DNA of 52,997 bases, filler included, from Catajapyx aquilonaris (taxonomy: Eukaryota), in NCBI GenBank assembly GCA_000934665.2. It is 2 parts of 2 records of this genome, joined end to end, with 100 filler letters (N's around TTAATTAATTAA, not from the genome) between each part and the next. Parts side by side here need not be neighbours in the genome. Positions count along the whole stretch, not along the records: positions 26,567 to 52,997 come from KZ539306.1; 1 more part is not named here. One strand, given 5' to 3'. Made by a program: the position numbers and the translations under genes. Position 1 is the stretch's first letter, and every line of letters starts with the position of its first letter. Shown piece after piece: positions 35,007-48,300 of this stretch. The notes below the pieces were generated by a model that was not told the origin of the DNA, did not search any database, and saw nothing but the letters and a program-made list of their open reading frames with translations.

Positions 35007-35142
35007 GAGCGTACAAAATTAAATGAATTTAACGAACATTTTTTTTTTTTACAAAACATCATACGACAATAATAATATTGTCGTATGGTGTTTTGTAAAA
35101 AAAAAAAAGAGTTCGTTAAATTCTGATTGGGTATCCAATAAT

Positions 35143-35480
35143 AAACAAGATTGGAAAATCACACGAGCGTGATTCGAGTGGACTTTTTCTCATCGGGTAG
35201 TGGGGAAGTGAGGCTGGCAAACTCGACACGATGCGATTCTACATTGATTGTTGTCAGTCTCATTTCTCGTTGCCAACTGTAAATTGATCTTGGCGGATAG
35301 AGTGAACAAGTGGTGGGTCACCGGAAGTTGACCATGGAACCTATTTTGGTCACGCTGAATCCGAATCCGAAAACAGTTTGTCGATATATCTTGCGGTTTA
35401 GGCTCTGATACATGTCCACAGACAGACGGACAGAGTCGTACTAATAAGACTTTTTATTCGATGAAAAAAAAGTCTAAAAA
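35143..35480 (+). mobile_element. DINE-1/HINE-like non-autonomous Helentron
   Basis: Starts AAACAAG, contains the ACAGACAGACGGACAGA microsatellite, and ends in a short stem-loop AGACTTTTT..AAAAAGTCT followed by an A run. Confidence 0.5.
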
Positions 35481-36847
35481 CAAACACATTAAGACACATT
35501 GCAATCGCATTCGAAGTAGCCATAAGCTAACTAACAGTGTGGTCGTAAACCTTTGTCTTTTAGATCTTGTTCAGAAACGCAGCGCCAGGTTTTATGATGA
35601 CCTAGGCTGTACTCGTTTTGCAGGTCGCCCATAAAGACACGATGTGAGGCCTCTCGACAAAATGACACTAACTCTCAAGTCATTTTTCCTCACTCCCTTC
35701 TTACTCCCCCTTTATCCAGTCCCCTTATGCAATATTATGATGCTCTTCCTCCCCATACCTACCCAGCACGGTTGAAACTATACTACACTGTATTACCTTA
35801 AACGGCTCAGGCTGTAGCTTAAACTGCAGAGACTTGAAACGGGCTGGCTTGAATTAGTGATGAGAGTAGTTCATATTCCAACGGAAGCCACATCACGCAA
35901 TGAGTATTACCCCTCTGCCTATGTATATGTACGTAATATGAGAATGATATCATTATTACTGGTGTACACATTGAACGTGGGATCCAACTATAGGCCAGAT
36001 CGATAGGGGGTTTATAACTAATTTTTCAGAGTTGCCTTTCCTCAAATAAAAGGTCACGTGTCGCATGTGAGTAGGTACTCGTGCCTACTCGGCTGCTGAC
36101 TCGACATTTTTGAAATGAAAAAAAAGCTCATTATACGCGTCATGCATAAGCGATAATTTGTAAAATCAAGTCACGCCATCTAGTTTGTCCACCATGTTGC
36201 AAAAGACGTAAAATTCAGGATCAATCATATTTTGAAACATTTAAGTGTGAGGTACCCACAACAACGACCCTTGAGAAAGTTAGCGGTGTCCACCACCCAA
36301 GAGTGGAAAAGAAAAGGAACATGATGGGGAGGTTGTGGGGGGGTCAAGCATCCCGGCAGGACGATGTGTAGGAATAAGAGGTCAAGTGGTCCCCAGGGAG
36401 TGGAAGTGGCGGAGTGTGTCCAGTCCCCTTGGCCCGTCCTCACGGGGCCAATTATGCTCACTTAGCGGCCAAGAATTGCATTAAGGCTGCCTAGCAGGTG
36501 AGGGATTAGGTTAGTCCGGCTTAAAAATTCAGGAAGGTTAACAGTTTTCATCCCGCCGGGGAAAAGGCAAGCGGCGGCGGCGGGGAAGACATATCCTATG
36601 CCCTTTGTGCCTCCCTGACTGCCTTCTCTACGGCACAGCAGCGGTACCACCAGCTCAGATCCCCATGTACGCAGACTCCACTCTTGTATAGTCTGCACAG
36701 GATTTTCAAGTTGCCAGAAGGAAATGGACGCCATGGAAAAATTCCTACCTGGCATCTGTACATTTCTACAGTACTATATGGTCTAAAAAAATATCGTCGC
36801 GGGTTATCCTGGCTTGGATGCAACCCATTGCATGGGTGTGTATGTGT

Positions 36848-36968
36848 CCGAGCAAAGGCCGAGGAAAGACCGAGCAAAGGCCGAGCAAATGCCGAGCAAA
36901 TGCCGAGCAAATGCCGAGCAAATTCCGAGCAAATTCCGAGCAAATTCCGAGCAAAGGCCGAGCAAAGC
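36848..36968. repeat. 11 x 11-bp tandem CCGAGCAAANN within a MITE copy
   Basis: Directly visible; the flanks match the element at 3525-3735. Confidence 0.85.
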
Positions 36969-37037
36969 AGATAAGAGACGGGGTCAGATAAACACGGACA
37001 TGAAGACGAATTATAAACAGGATTCTCCAAAATAATT

Positions 37038-37256
37038 ATTAGTGTGGTGTCGTGAAGGGGAAAAGGCCTGTATCCGCAGAAGCTAGGCCTGTATCCGCAG
37101 AAGATATGGCTGTATCCGCAAGGAAGGTTAGGTTACGTTGGAACAGCGTACCCCTACCACTGCCACATTTGGTCTTCCGATATGAAAGCGGCGAAATGGG
37201 GACGGCAAGATAAATGGGAAACGGCATAATGCAAGGCGGCGAAATGGGGTGTATTC
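37038..37256. mobile_element. Second, truncated and inverted copy of the MULE-like MITE at 30511
   Basis: Reverse-complement match including GGTCTTCCGATATGAAAGCGGCGAAATGGGG and the terminal GGGGTGTATTC. Confidence 0.75.
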
Positions 37257-40200
37257 GTACATTTCTTCAGTTTTTCCTAATCCTGGCTATTAATGCACCA
37301 GAAGCGGTACCAACACCATGCAAACATAAAAGTGAGCAAATAATCCTAATGTATAGTTTTCTCCCCCTTATTCTGTTGGCCACGCGACCGGAAAACGCAT
37401 CGGAAATACGACGGGGGTTGGACATGTGGCCCAGAGGTGGTAATCTCGGTGTTGGGCTTCCGGTTCACTAGGTCTCTATATGGGGAATGGTTCAAGTGGG
37501 GAGGGAAGGTGGGGAAGGGGGGGGGGGGATGTAATCAGCGCCGTTTATTCATCTGAAGAGGAAGCTAAACCTGCACGCAAAGACTCGTGATGACGGGGGA
37601 AGAGTTTAGGGTATATCCTGTACATTATATTATCTAGATAGTGGACGACGCCCGGAACTTCCGGACGTCGGAAGTACACTTTTTGTTTACCACTTGTCCT
37701 CATTAGTGATCGGGGGACAGATTGGGGGCTCCGGAAATTTGTGGAGTGTGCCACAATTATTGAGGGTGGTCCCCCTATAAGACCGTAGTATGCCATTTCA
37801 ACAATGAATTTTTCCAACTTGTTATTGTTACGTTTTTTTATTTGTCCTAACTCAAATTCTGCTGCAGATAGAGCTTCGAAATTACCAAATAACCAATTTT
37901 GCAGTGGCGGAACTCTTCCATCAATGACATTTTGTAAATTGTGTCTATGGCTGTAATATTGCAATATTATTTAAATTTTTGTACAGGATTTCACGGTGAC
38001 AATGCCGAAAACGGATGATGTTCCATTCACCACGTCGGTTCAAAATATTTCATAATATTCTTCCTCCTCAAGAGAAGAGGAAATCCTAACTAAAACATGA
38101 GCCTCCGTCACTTCCCACTTTTTTTTTCTCTCTCTCTGAGCCTGGTTCCAACTTTTTGCACATTTTCCTCTAATAAAAGCCCGCCTTTCACTTTTACCTG
38201 CCGACGTGCCTTTGACCTTGCAGGCAGCTTGTCGCCGAACTAATTTTCTTGGACCCTTTTTTTTTTGTCACAATGCATAACTGGACGGCTGCGGTTCTCT
38301 TAGCCCTGTCCTTACGAGGCACGTGTCCCACTTGCAATTTTTCAGGGACATTTTTTTTTCTGTACTCGTCCTTTTCTGCATAAAACTTATCCCAAGCTTC
38401 AGTACTGTGACTTGCCCTTTAGCAAGCGAAAAAAAAAAAACATATTGCAGTGATTGTTTTCCGATGGGAAATGTGGTGGACGACATCGATTTTCGATCGA
38501 TTCTCGTCCAACTGGAAGGATTATCTTTTTTTCTAGTTCCGTATACCATCGACACGTGAGAGCAAAGTCAACACATGAAAACTGCTCAAACTGTGGTCCG
38601 TGGTCTGATATTTTGGGGGGGAGGACAAAAACTCGAGCCAACGGGACGACGTTGTTTACTTCTTCTTGGGATTCATTATTCAGGTATTTTCACATCGAAA
38701 ACGGTGGCCTCGTAAATTCTTTCCCTAGACGACTACTTGTATGAAGTTTGTGGTGTCACTTCAAAGCTGTTCCCTTTAGGCTAAGCACAAGTGTCGTTCT
38801 TGTTATTTTTGTAGCATGTGTGTGGACATACCCTAAAGGGATGGAGGGGGATTTGTCTTGTAGTGTGTAGCTGAGGTACCGGTACAGTCTTAAAAATCGC
38901 TAACTTATATTCCAAAATTAGTTTAATTTAAATATAAAATTATTCGTAATTTTTAATAGTTACTTCAGCATATATGGTGAGGATGAACCCTCTCTCACAA
39001 TCTATACACAGCAGGCGTTCCGTGACCTTATACGATGTCATGTAAAGTGGCATATAGGCTTTATTTATAAAATGGTCCGGTAGCATTTCCATGCAGTGTG
39101 TGCCATTATTTTAAAAACTTGTGGCTCGGTCATCCTGCTGAAAACAGCTGACCTGTCCCTTGGCTCAAGCCCCACAGCTTTACAAGAAATAGTGTTATGT
39201 TCTTGTTTCAAAAATGGAACTTAACATTATTTTAGGTCCATAAATAACATTTACACAGTACAGTGATATCAGTCCCTACATTAAATTGCATCTCGTTGGG
39301 CCGTTGGTAATGAGCCAGATGAGAGAACATCAATAAGGAAAGGAATGAAGGAAAGAAATCAATTAACTATAAACTGTTGTGTGCTATGCATGAGAAACAT
39401 GAAAGCATCGTCGTCATCGTCATCATTATCATTACATGAAATGTTGGAGTGGGCTGTTTACACTAAAAAGTCTGATAGTATGTGCTAACAAATGATAACT
39501 TACCGGTATATCCGCATATCGATGATCATGAAGAAGACAGGGGCTCCCTTGACATGCAATGCCTCATTTGTTAATTGTTATTACTGCTCTCCGGAGAAAG
39601 CCTCTTATACGATATATTTGCAGTACTGATTATGAAGTTGGGGGTCTGTCCATTTATGGATTGAGGGGAAGGAAGGGCATCAAAATTGAAAGGGATAGTG
39701 TGGTTGATGATAATAGCAGGCATTCACGTGCCTGCCTCCATTCAAGGCAGAAATGGCACATCGATGAATATATTTCAGTTCACTGCATTGCGATGTTCTC
39801 AAAGCCTTTCCTTCATCTATAGGTGAGTATTAATAATATTCACTAAACAAACAATTAACAATGTGTCTATTATTAATAATGTGTGTCCTTTGTATGCTAC
39901 AGAGAATGTAAATATTGCGCATTTTTTTTCTTATACTCCTTATACATATGACTCCATAATATAAATGGATATCTACTGTACACATGTCTCTGATATGTTA
40001 TAACACCACAAACAAATAAGCATACACTAATAATTCATTTCAGACCTGTTATATGCCTTGCTAGATTTCTTACAGCATAGGTATACATACCATAGGCCTA
40101 TCGTGTAAACACAAACTTAATTTATTTATAGTCTATACGCGTAATTACAGCCACCGTCGTCAACAGATCTCTCATTACTTATATATTATAATTATATAAA

Positions 40201-43200
40201 ATATTATATTTATTAGCGTATATTATACAATGCATTTTATATATCACATATTATACGGTATAAATAGGCTAATATAATAGACCTGTAATATACTGTACAC
40301 AGTATACTTATATTAGACAAAGTGTCACTGATAGGAAGTGGTCAAACTCTCATTCGGAGGCTTGCGCTCACATTTGTTCCCCTTCTCCTTCTTCAAATTA
40401 CCATAACAATTATACACCCTCAAATTCCCACTCAAATTCACATCAGTCATACTCCGGTGAGAACTTGGCAAATAATAAAATGGATAAATATATACACTGG
40501 TATATCTATACCAAAACGTAAGAGAACTAAATAATAACATGCATATATCTGAGAAGGGCTAATGAGCCTAATGCGGTAATGTACTAACCTACAATTTAAG
40601 TGACAATGGGCATTAAAACCTATTCACAGCAACAAATACCTGATGCCTGCTGATAAGGGAGTTACGCCCACTGTTATAGAACGACTCCCACGATTTTTCA
40701 CGCAACTCTATTCCTACAAGAGTGAACGCGACTAACAGCTGTGCATAGTACGTGCGAAACCAAAAACTGTGAGAATATGCAGTAAATGTACATTTCCGTG
40801 ACAATATAAGCGGCTCAGCTGCTCTTCTCCCCCAACAAAAAAAAACAACCGCTTTTATCATCCCGAATAATCTAGAGACTCTTACATAATAACAACATAT
40901 AGGTTGCAAATTTTTCTCTCGCGTCACGTTATATCCAGTATTCGTGGCATCATGTGATTATGAGCGACATGTTTTGGACGTCTGCTGGCAAGATCATGCT
41001 TGTGACAGAGAGAATATTGCAGCGGACGTTGTACTAATGGGCGGTAATTAATACCGATCTGTTGCTGGGATCCAATCATGTCACTTAAGGACTTGAGGAT
41101 TTGTAATTGCAGGCAGCAATAGTGTATACGGTACTGAACTGTACTAAATTGTGTCTAACTGTACGATTGGCTGCAAATAACGATTTAATATATTGCAGTT
41201 TGTGTAAAAAAAAATAGTGATCGACTACAAAAATATAGTATACCCCTATATGCATATCGGAGGTACCGGCATGTGGAACCAACCGCAATAAATGGCACGC
41301 TTTCCACACACAAAATCCGGCCTGGCAAGCTATAATAAGCCGACTGCGTAAATTGACAGATTCTGTAAAATCTCCATACCGACATAATATACCCCCGGAT
41401 TTAGAAACCCGGCCAATTTAACATCATTTCCCTGCGGTTTCGGGTGCGCACAAAAAAATGGGGGGTCTACAGGGGGACTTTGGGGCTAAAGGCCACAAAG
41501 CGCGTATGAATATCAAATCAGATGGTTCGTTAAAAAGGATTCAGAACCTCGCTCATTTGGAGGTCCTTCACATCATTCTGTTTATGTTGATTTCCTATAT
41601 ATAATGTGCAAGCTCTTTATATTATCTTCTTCTATACCCTTTTACAAACTGTCACTTTATGTTTGGAAATGGAGTTTATCATTAGCCAGTTCCATTTCCT
41701 CTCAGGGGATCTAGGCAATCAAGGAGATAGAAAAAAAAATTCCTATTGAACCTTATCTGAAGTTCGAAGGGGGGGAACGATAAAACCCGTAATAGGAATT
41801 ATTGTCCCGGATCAAATCCCAGGGGATACGGATCTTCCGGGTTCTTCAGATCACTTTGGACATAAATACTAGTATTATCATGATTGCCCGCATATGTTGC
41901 TCTTATTACACTGCCACAGATAATTGTACGGATAGAGATGTAGCAATATTGGATATGATTTCTCATACCCATCAAATTAATGTTGTACTGATATAATGCA
42001 CACAGTTGACTCAACAATGCATTGGTTATAGAAATATTCTCTCTCTCTAAGTCTTAATATGTTAATGAATAAATTCAAAAGTGTTAACACTGGCATACAT
42101 AACTTACTTACAACAATATTGCTGTGTTGCACTAATGATTTACGTTAGGGTCAATAATTTGTACTAAATTGAATGTTCGTGTGAATGTAAACTTACGCGT
42201 GAGTTTTACATTATATCCTGTAAAAATAATCATGTTTAATAGAAAACGAGACAACATACCCTTGATTAATGCAGAACACTCACTGACATTGGTATAGCCA
42301 ACGACAATTAAAATTATTGAAATGGCGACTCTACAATATTTAAAAACCATCTACGTCATTAACAATATATATTTTATGCAATAAAATTAGAATTATAAAT
42401 TGATTCAAACCTGTGTTGCTAACAGACAACCTCAGGTGCATAATACTACCAATATAAAAGCAGTCAAGTTGCCCTATTGTTTCCGGAAACATGTTCACAA
42501 AGTGCGCCATATTGTAGGTTCATCACAAAAAAGGATTAGGCGTAGTGAACTTTGGCCAACAATAGGGAATGTCGCTTTGCTTTGTTCCGGTCGAGCGACT
42601 CTTTTCTTTCGGCAAACCTTACTCGGGTTTCCGCGCCATATGGACCAATCCCCGCCGATCCACACAGCAGCAGTCAGTTTACAACGCTCGATGACAAATC
42701 ATCGATCACTTCATTCACACATTGCAAAAACCAGTATATACATATTTTTAAAAATAATGTTTTAAATAAATCAATATGTATATTTAAGATAACAGATAAT
42801 GCACTCTTTGTACTAAGGTCTACACGGATAAGATGACGCGAAAAAGGTAAAAGGCCGGGTCGAAAATACACACATCTGTAATAATAGTGAGAGGGGCACA
42901 CGCAAAAGAGGCCTGCTAGTATGGAACCCTGGAGAGAACCCGATAGATAAGCATACTGCTGGCGAGTCGGTATCACCTGCCCGCCGATTACCTCCCTTGT
43001 CAATTACCCTAAATATTATTTGCACAAATCCCTCCAGGGAAATTTCAGACCCATGGGTACAAACCGGCGGGGAGGCATAAAGTAACCAAAAAAACCCAGG
43101 CTGGGGATGAGTAATGTGAATGAGAAGCATTTCCTTCCGCGCCCTTCTACTCCATCACGTTTCTCACTATATTTATTCCACTTCCCAATCTTTAATACTG

Positions 43201-45218
43201 TTGCTGCGATATAAGAAAATACAATTCAGCTAAAAGGTACAACTTGTATTATCTTCATAACATGGGCAATAAGTTTCACTCGATGTATTATATCATATTG
43301 TCATTATGTTTGTGAAAGTGGAAAAATGCTATTTTGATTAAAATGTAATGTTATTTAACACTGCATATTTGAGTTTATTTACACGGCCACGCAAATCTGT
43401 CTGCGGACTATAACCACTTAGAGGCGCAATGTAACTGCTGAATGTAATATGCGCAGGCATTACATTGTGACTATCGCACTCTAAAGTTAACATCCTATAC
43501 GGTATTTTGCAAAACATAATTATTTTCATAAATAATATTTTTATTGTAATGTGTAGAAAGTATACCTACTGTGCATCCGGCATATTAGTTAAATTGCAGC
43601 GGAACTATGCATCGGTGCTTATAATATGTTATTGTTGCAAGAACAGGCCAAATTTAAAAATCTTAGCGAATATATTCATACTGAAGTATACCTGGTGGAA
43701 CAAATGTCACCTGAGACTCGTATCGGCAATGTTCGCTTCTAAAGTGCGGAAGAGAGAATAGGGCATCCACTTCTAACACGGTAACCAAAGATCGTCGCCA
43801 TGCAACAAAAAAAACTCAAATCTACAGCCTAATTTCAAAGGAAGAATATATATATATACCTCAAATATGACCTAAATCTCGCCAGCAGATGATGTCTCGT
43901 TTGACTGCTCTACGTGCTATATACCTAGCACTGATTGATTGCACTCCCAAAAATTTCAATAGAACTACTGTTATATACATATCAAATATTTAGCACAGTA
44001 TGTCAAAGTGTTGCTCTCGATCGTCTGTAAAATATTGGAATCATTAGAGTAACTGTTATTGACGCAATTATTTATTGCGTGACTACTGATACGGAAAGAC
44101 AGACACCTGCACTATCATGCCGAAAAACTCCAGACACGACATTGTGGTTCTCCAGTTTGCAGTAGCAAGTAACCTTCTCCGAGCCATAAAAATAATAAGT
44201 ACACCGTACGAGAGTCCCCAAACTATTTCACTTGGTGTAAACACAGGAACCACCCTCGGGATCCAATTCGACTTCGGACCCCCGACTCTTTGGCCCACAG
44301 ACATTCCCTTCTCCCCATCTCCCTTAGCCCTCCCCCTCCTCCTCTTCCCAGTTTCTCGAAATTTGACTTAGGTCACTCTGGGACAACCCCCCCATCCTCC
44401 CCCATTCCTTCCACCGGATAAAACCGCCAAGATGTCCGGGGAGCGCCTTGACGCCGCCATAACATTTTTGACTCTCGGGGGCTTGCCTCCGTCAACATGA
44501 TTAAGTATTGATTCAAGTAGTTCACGCGAGCAGAAGAGTAAATATCAACTACTAATGGAGGCCAAATCAAACTCCCCGATTAAATTTTCAGGGGCGAAAT
44601 CCCCAGCGAGCCCAGGTTAAGCCCATTCCCCCTCCCTCCAGTCTCCCCCTCCCTCCCTCCCCCTTTCCACTCTGCTATCCACCGTCGACTATACAGTGTC
44701 GGGGTGGGCCGAGAGAAATGGCGGCAGAGGGGGAGGTACCACGCCGGCGCAGCAGGTACCCCAAGTGGCCCGTCCCTGCTGCTCCCGCGTCCTTCCGTTT
44801 CCCTCCCTCCGTAGGACCGTATTTCACCCCCAACCATAGCCCGTCTCGGCAGCCCCTGACGTCACCGGTGCCACCAAAAAGCAAACAGGTGCAGGGTCTT
44901 GTCAGCAGCGACTGCCCGACTGCCCAACAATACTGTCGAAGCTCCTGCTGCCGCCACTACAGGTGGTGTCAGAAGTGGTGACGGACTGTGTGTAGTGGGG
45001 GCGCTGTGGCCATACTGGGTTCGTACGGAAGGACGGATACGAAGGTGCAGGGGGTACCGTCGTCGTCGTCTTCGACGTCGCCGACGTCGTCCGAGTGCCT
45101 GGGAGGCGGAGGGGGAGGCGGAGGAGGGGGCGGGGGGCTGGTGGTGGAGGCACCGCCGGCACAGGTCGGGGGGGCAGCGGGCTCCCCGGCGACCGCCTGC
45201 TACCCTGCTGCCTTCGCC

Positions 45219-45359
45219 ATGTACGCGCCGGACAAGATGATCAACGGGAAGCCCTCGTTGCCGCCGCCCATCAGCGCACCTGGATCGTGCTTCCCAGGAC
45301 GGTACTCGCCAACATATCGCTCGCAGGACCACATGCGACGATGTGTCACCAATCCGCCG
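45219..45359 (+). CDS. acj6: POU class IV transcription factor Acj6/I-POU (Brn-3/POU4F ortholog), first conserved coding exon
   Basis: MYAPDKM...SAPGSCFPGRYSPTYRSQDHMRRCVTNPP matches the recalled Acj6 N-terminus (MYSTTDKMKMSAPSCFPGRYSPSYRSSEQMRRCMPNP). Perfect donor CCG|gtaagt at 45360. The POU-domain exons lie beyond the window. The frame is open upstream to 44982. Confidence 0.85.
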
Positions 45360-48300
45360 GTAAGTACCTCTCCGTTTCCTGCACATCCTGTTCCATCCGC
45401 ACATTCAATTCACACGTGCAGACCAACACGTCCGCGCGCCTTACCGCGTCTGATCTTTTCCGCATATGGCCAAAGTCATTTCCACCCATTATTCATTCAT
45501 CTTCAAAATTTCATGGTCTTTCCCCCCCCGTTCTACCCCCCCCCACCTCCTCGTATATCCCCACCCTATTTACTTTCCGCATTCTGCCATGTTTCATTAA
45601 TGGATTGTCTGGCGGGTCGGGGTGTCAACAGCCGTTTCGAAACCACTTCCTCGTCTTTATTTGTGTCCGACGCAACGTATCCCTAGCTACTGAGCCCACC
45701 GCCCCTCCCGCCTTCCACCCGTTTGAAAAATTGACGCGAATCACTTGAAGAGAGGTAAATAACATGCAACTTTAATCTCCCGGATTGGTGTTGCCCAATT
45801 AACTTTGCGCCATCAACTAGCTACTCTGCTTTTTTGGGGTGCCCCCCCCCCCCTCAACTCTCTGAGCGGTTTGCCCCCCACCTTCCCCCTTCCCTCCCTC
45901 TCTTCCAAATCGGCGGAAATAAGCGCCGGGGGTTGTTCAAAAATTAATCGTCTTCAAGGTTTGTTGGCATATCGACGCGATCCCGTCACAATTTGCCGCG
46001 GATTCATAAAAGATGCGCCTTGGGCCTTTCGCCAAATCCCTTTCGTGGGAGATGTGACCTTTCCCAACATTTTGTCCTCGTTTCTTTTTCATGCGGGGTG
46101 ACCTTTGCTGTAACTTATAGGGTACACATGTGTGCGTTTTCCCAACCTTGTTAAAGACTCCCCTTTTTTCCGGTTCCAATTAGCATGCAGACATGAATCC
46201 GTGCCGTCTGGGGTTGAATGGAATGTTAGGTATACATATAGTCCCGTTTCATACTCGGTATTTTAATAATGGAGAATGGAGGATATGCTAGAGTGTGTCA
46301 TTGGCTCGCTAAAGCGTCATTTGGATTTTAATTGGCGATTTAAAATTACCGCATCATACGGTGCGGAGTTTATCGGGGGACTGGACGGTACAAACGAATA
46401 TTGAATAGGGAAAAATTATGCATGCCATTCCAGTAATCTAGTAATGTGAGAAATTGCATTGTTGCGCACACTGTTTTAAATGAACAGATTTTGGTACTGT
46501 TTCAAAGTACTTTAATGACGGATGTGTTTATTTTGGTTTGAACTTTGACAAGAAGCGTACGATGCTGTGTTTTAGTTTAGAAAATGTGTGGCATATATTT
46601 GAACCTGTTCTTCAATGTTCTTACCATATTTTATAATTATTGGGCTACGTTGTGCAATAATGTCAACTTTGCCTAGCGTTATATGTGGCTATAACAGATG
46701 TGTACATTAGGTTGCGATTGTCACGGTTATTGTAATGCACTATCGAGAAAATCTATGTAAAAATTATAAGCAAATTTACAAACAGCGCTTTCATTTATTT
46801 CAGTATGATTGAATTGCTGGAATGCTTTCAGTGTATATGCGATTTTTTCTCATCTCTTTTATTAATATTTCCGGGCGTTTTCTCCCCCCCTATATCCCAG
46901 ATGATTCCATTCCCAGAATGGAAGACGCATAGGACCTTAGGAGTCGTACTGTAATTCCCTCAAAGGCCATTCCTGGTGATGAATCCAGTAAACATAAAGA
47001 CGAACATTTTTCTCGTGACCTGGTAAAAACGTGCGGATAAAAAGCTATAAAACAGTACTCAAAAATAGCAATATACGGCCCATATTTAGCATGTAAATTT
47101 TATTGGATATTAAGCATCGTTAAATTTCATTTCTTGTCATTCCAGACAACAAAATGCAGTTAGTCATACTTATTTATTAATAACCACATACTTACGGTAC
47201 AGGGCGAGACTGTTGACACAGAGGTGACAGTCAAGGGAGACCGCGCCTTCAGAAAATCCGCTGATGTTTGATTCTCCCCCGATAGATATTAGACTTGGAA
47301 AGATCAACAGCAGGATTTTGCGGCCGATGGAAATTATGCGCCGGGCTTTTAACCCCCCCCCCCCCCCCAAACTGTTCCTAATCGAGCCGGAACCGAAATT
47401 TCCGATTAGTGGAAGAGGGGGGGGATTAAGACCCAACCTTGAAAAGGCCGGACCGGGAATTCCCCGCACGATCAGGTGTCGACCATTTCGAAACTAATTC
47501 AGTTAACACTACTGTTGTTGTTGTTTTTTCGTATCGTCCCTTCAAAAAAAAAAGGTGGGGAGAAACTCTAAAAAAAAAACAAAAAACAGAGAGTCCGACG
47601 ACAGTAGAACCACTCCTGAAGGTCATAAATCGACCTAAAATAGCCCCATATTGGGTTTAGAGTCGTTGCGCGTGTACACTTGACTGCCGCACACAAGTCC
47701 CGGGCACTAAAATAGGACAGGGTGTCCGTGGAGAGTTTCACGCAGTCAGAATGTGATGACTTGGACAACTTTGTTGAGGCGGAGCCGCCCTTTTTTTTTT
47801 TGTCCGACTATGATTAAAGCGTTCGGAGCAATTGTGGGTCCAATGCCACTTAACTGCTGCACAACGGGGGCTAGCGGGGGTCTATTTCGGGATATAATAG
47901 AGAGTCCTATCGTGTCATCGGGATTCGAATTTAACGAATAATCATGAAAAGGCTGGCATGACAACGTTCGAATACCCTCAAATTATTTGAGGGAGAATTA
48001 CCGAGGAAGGAAGCGGTCAACATGTACAAAGGGCACAATAATTGCATATGAAAAAGACCCGAAATGTGACTCAATATGTGCGTGTAAAACCGACCGAAAT
48101 TATTTGTTAAACTTTATTTTCGATAAATGGTCTTATGGCTATATTTCTAGGCTACTAAAATTTAACTTCTGATAAATGAAGCGGACTCTGTACAGTGTAG
48201 ACATTAGATACATTATTAATATATCTCCTGCCGGAGACAACGTGACACGAAATGGTAACACTTATAGCCACGTATAGCCATACAAGTCCTGGGTTTGATC

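Noticed and set aside
36596..37035. Repetitive ORFs (ICSEFARNLLG...)
   Set aside because: Produced by the 11-bp tandem repeat in a MITE.
42645..42679. CCAAT plus TCAGTT initiator as the acj6 TSS
   Set aside because: Short motifs are expected by chance and there is no supporting evidence.
44979..44981. Selenocysteine UGA in acj6
   Set aside because: No SECIS can be assessed because the 3' UTR is outside the window, and POU factors are not known selenoproteins. Kept only as a readthrough hypothesis.
45360..45686. Continuation of the acj6 ORF to 45686
   Set aside because: Similarity ends at a perfect GTAAGT donor; the downstream sequence is intron read-through.
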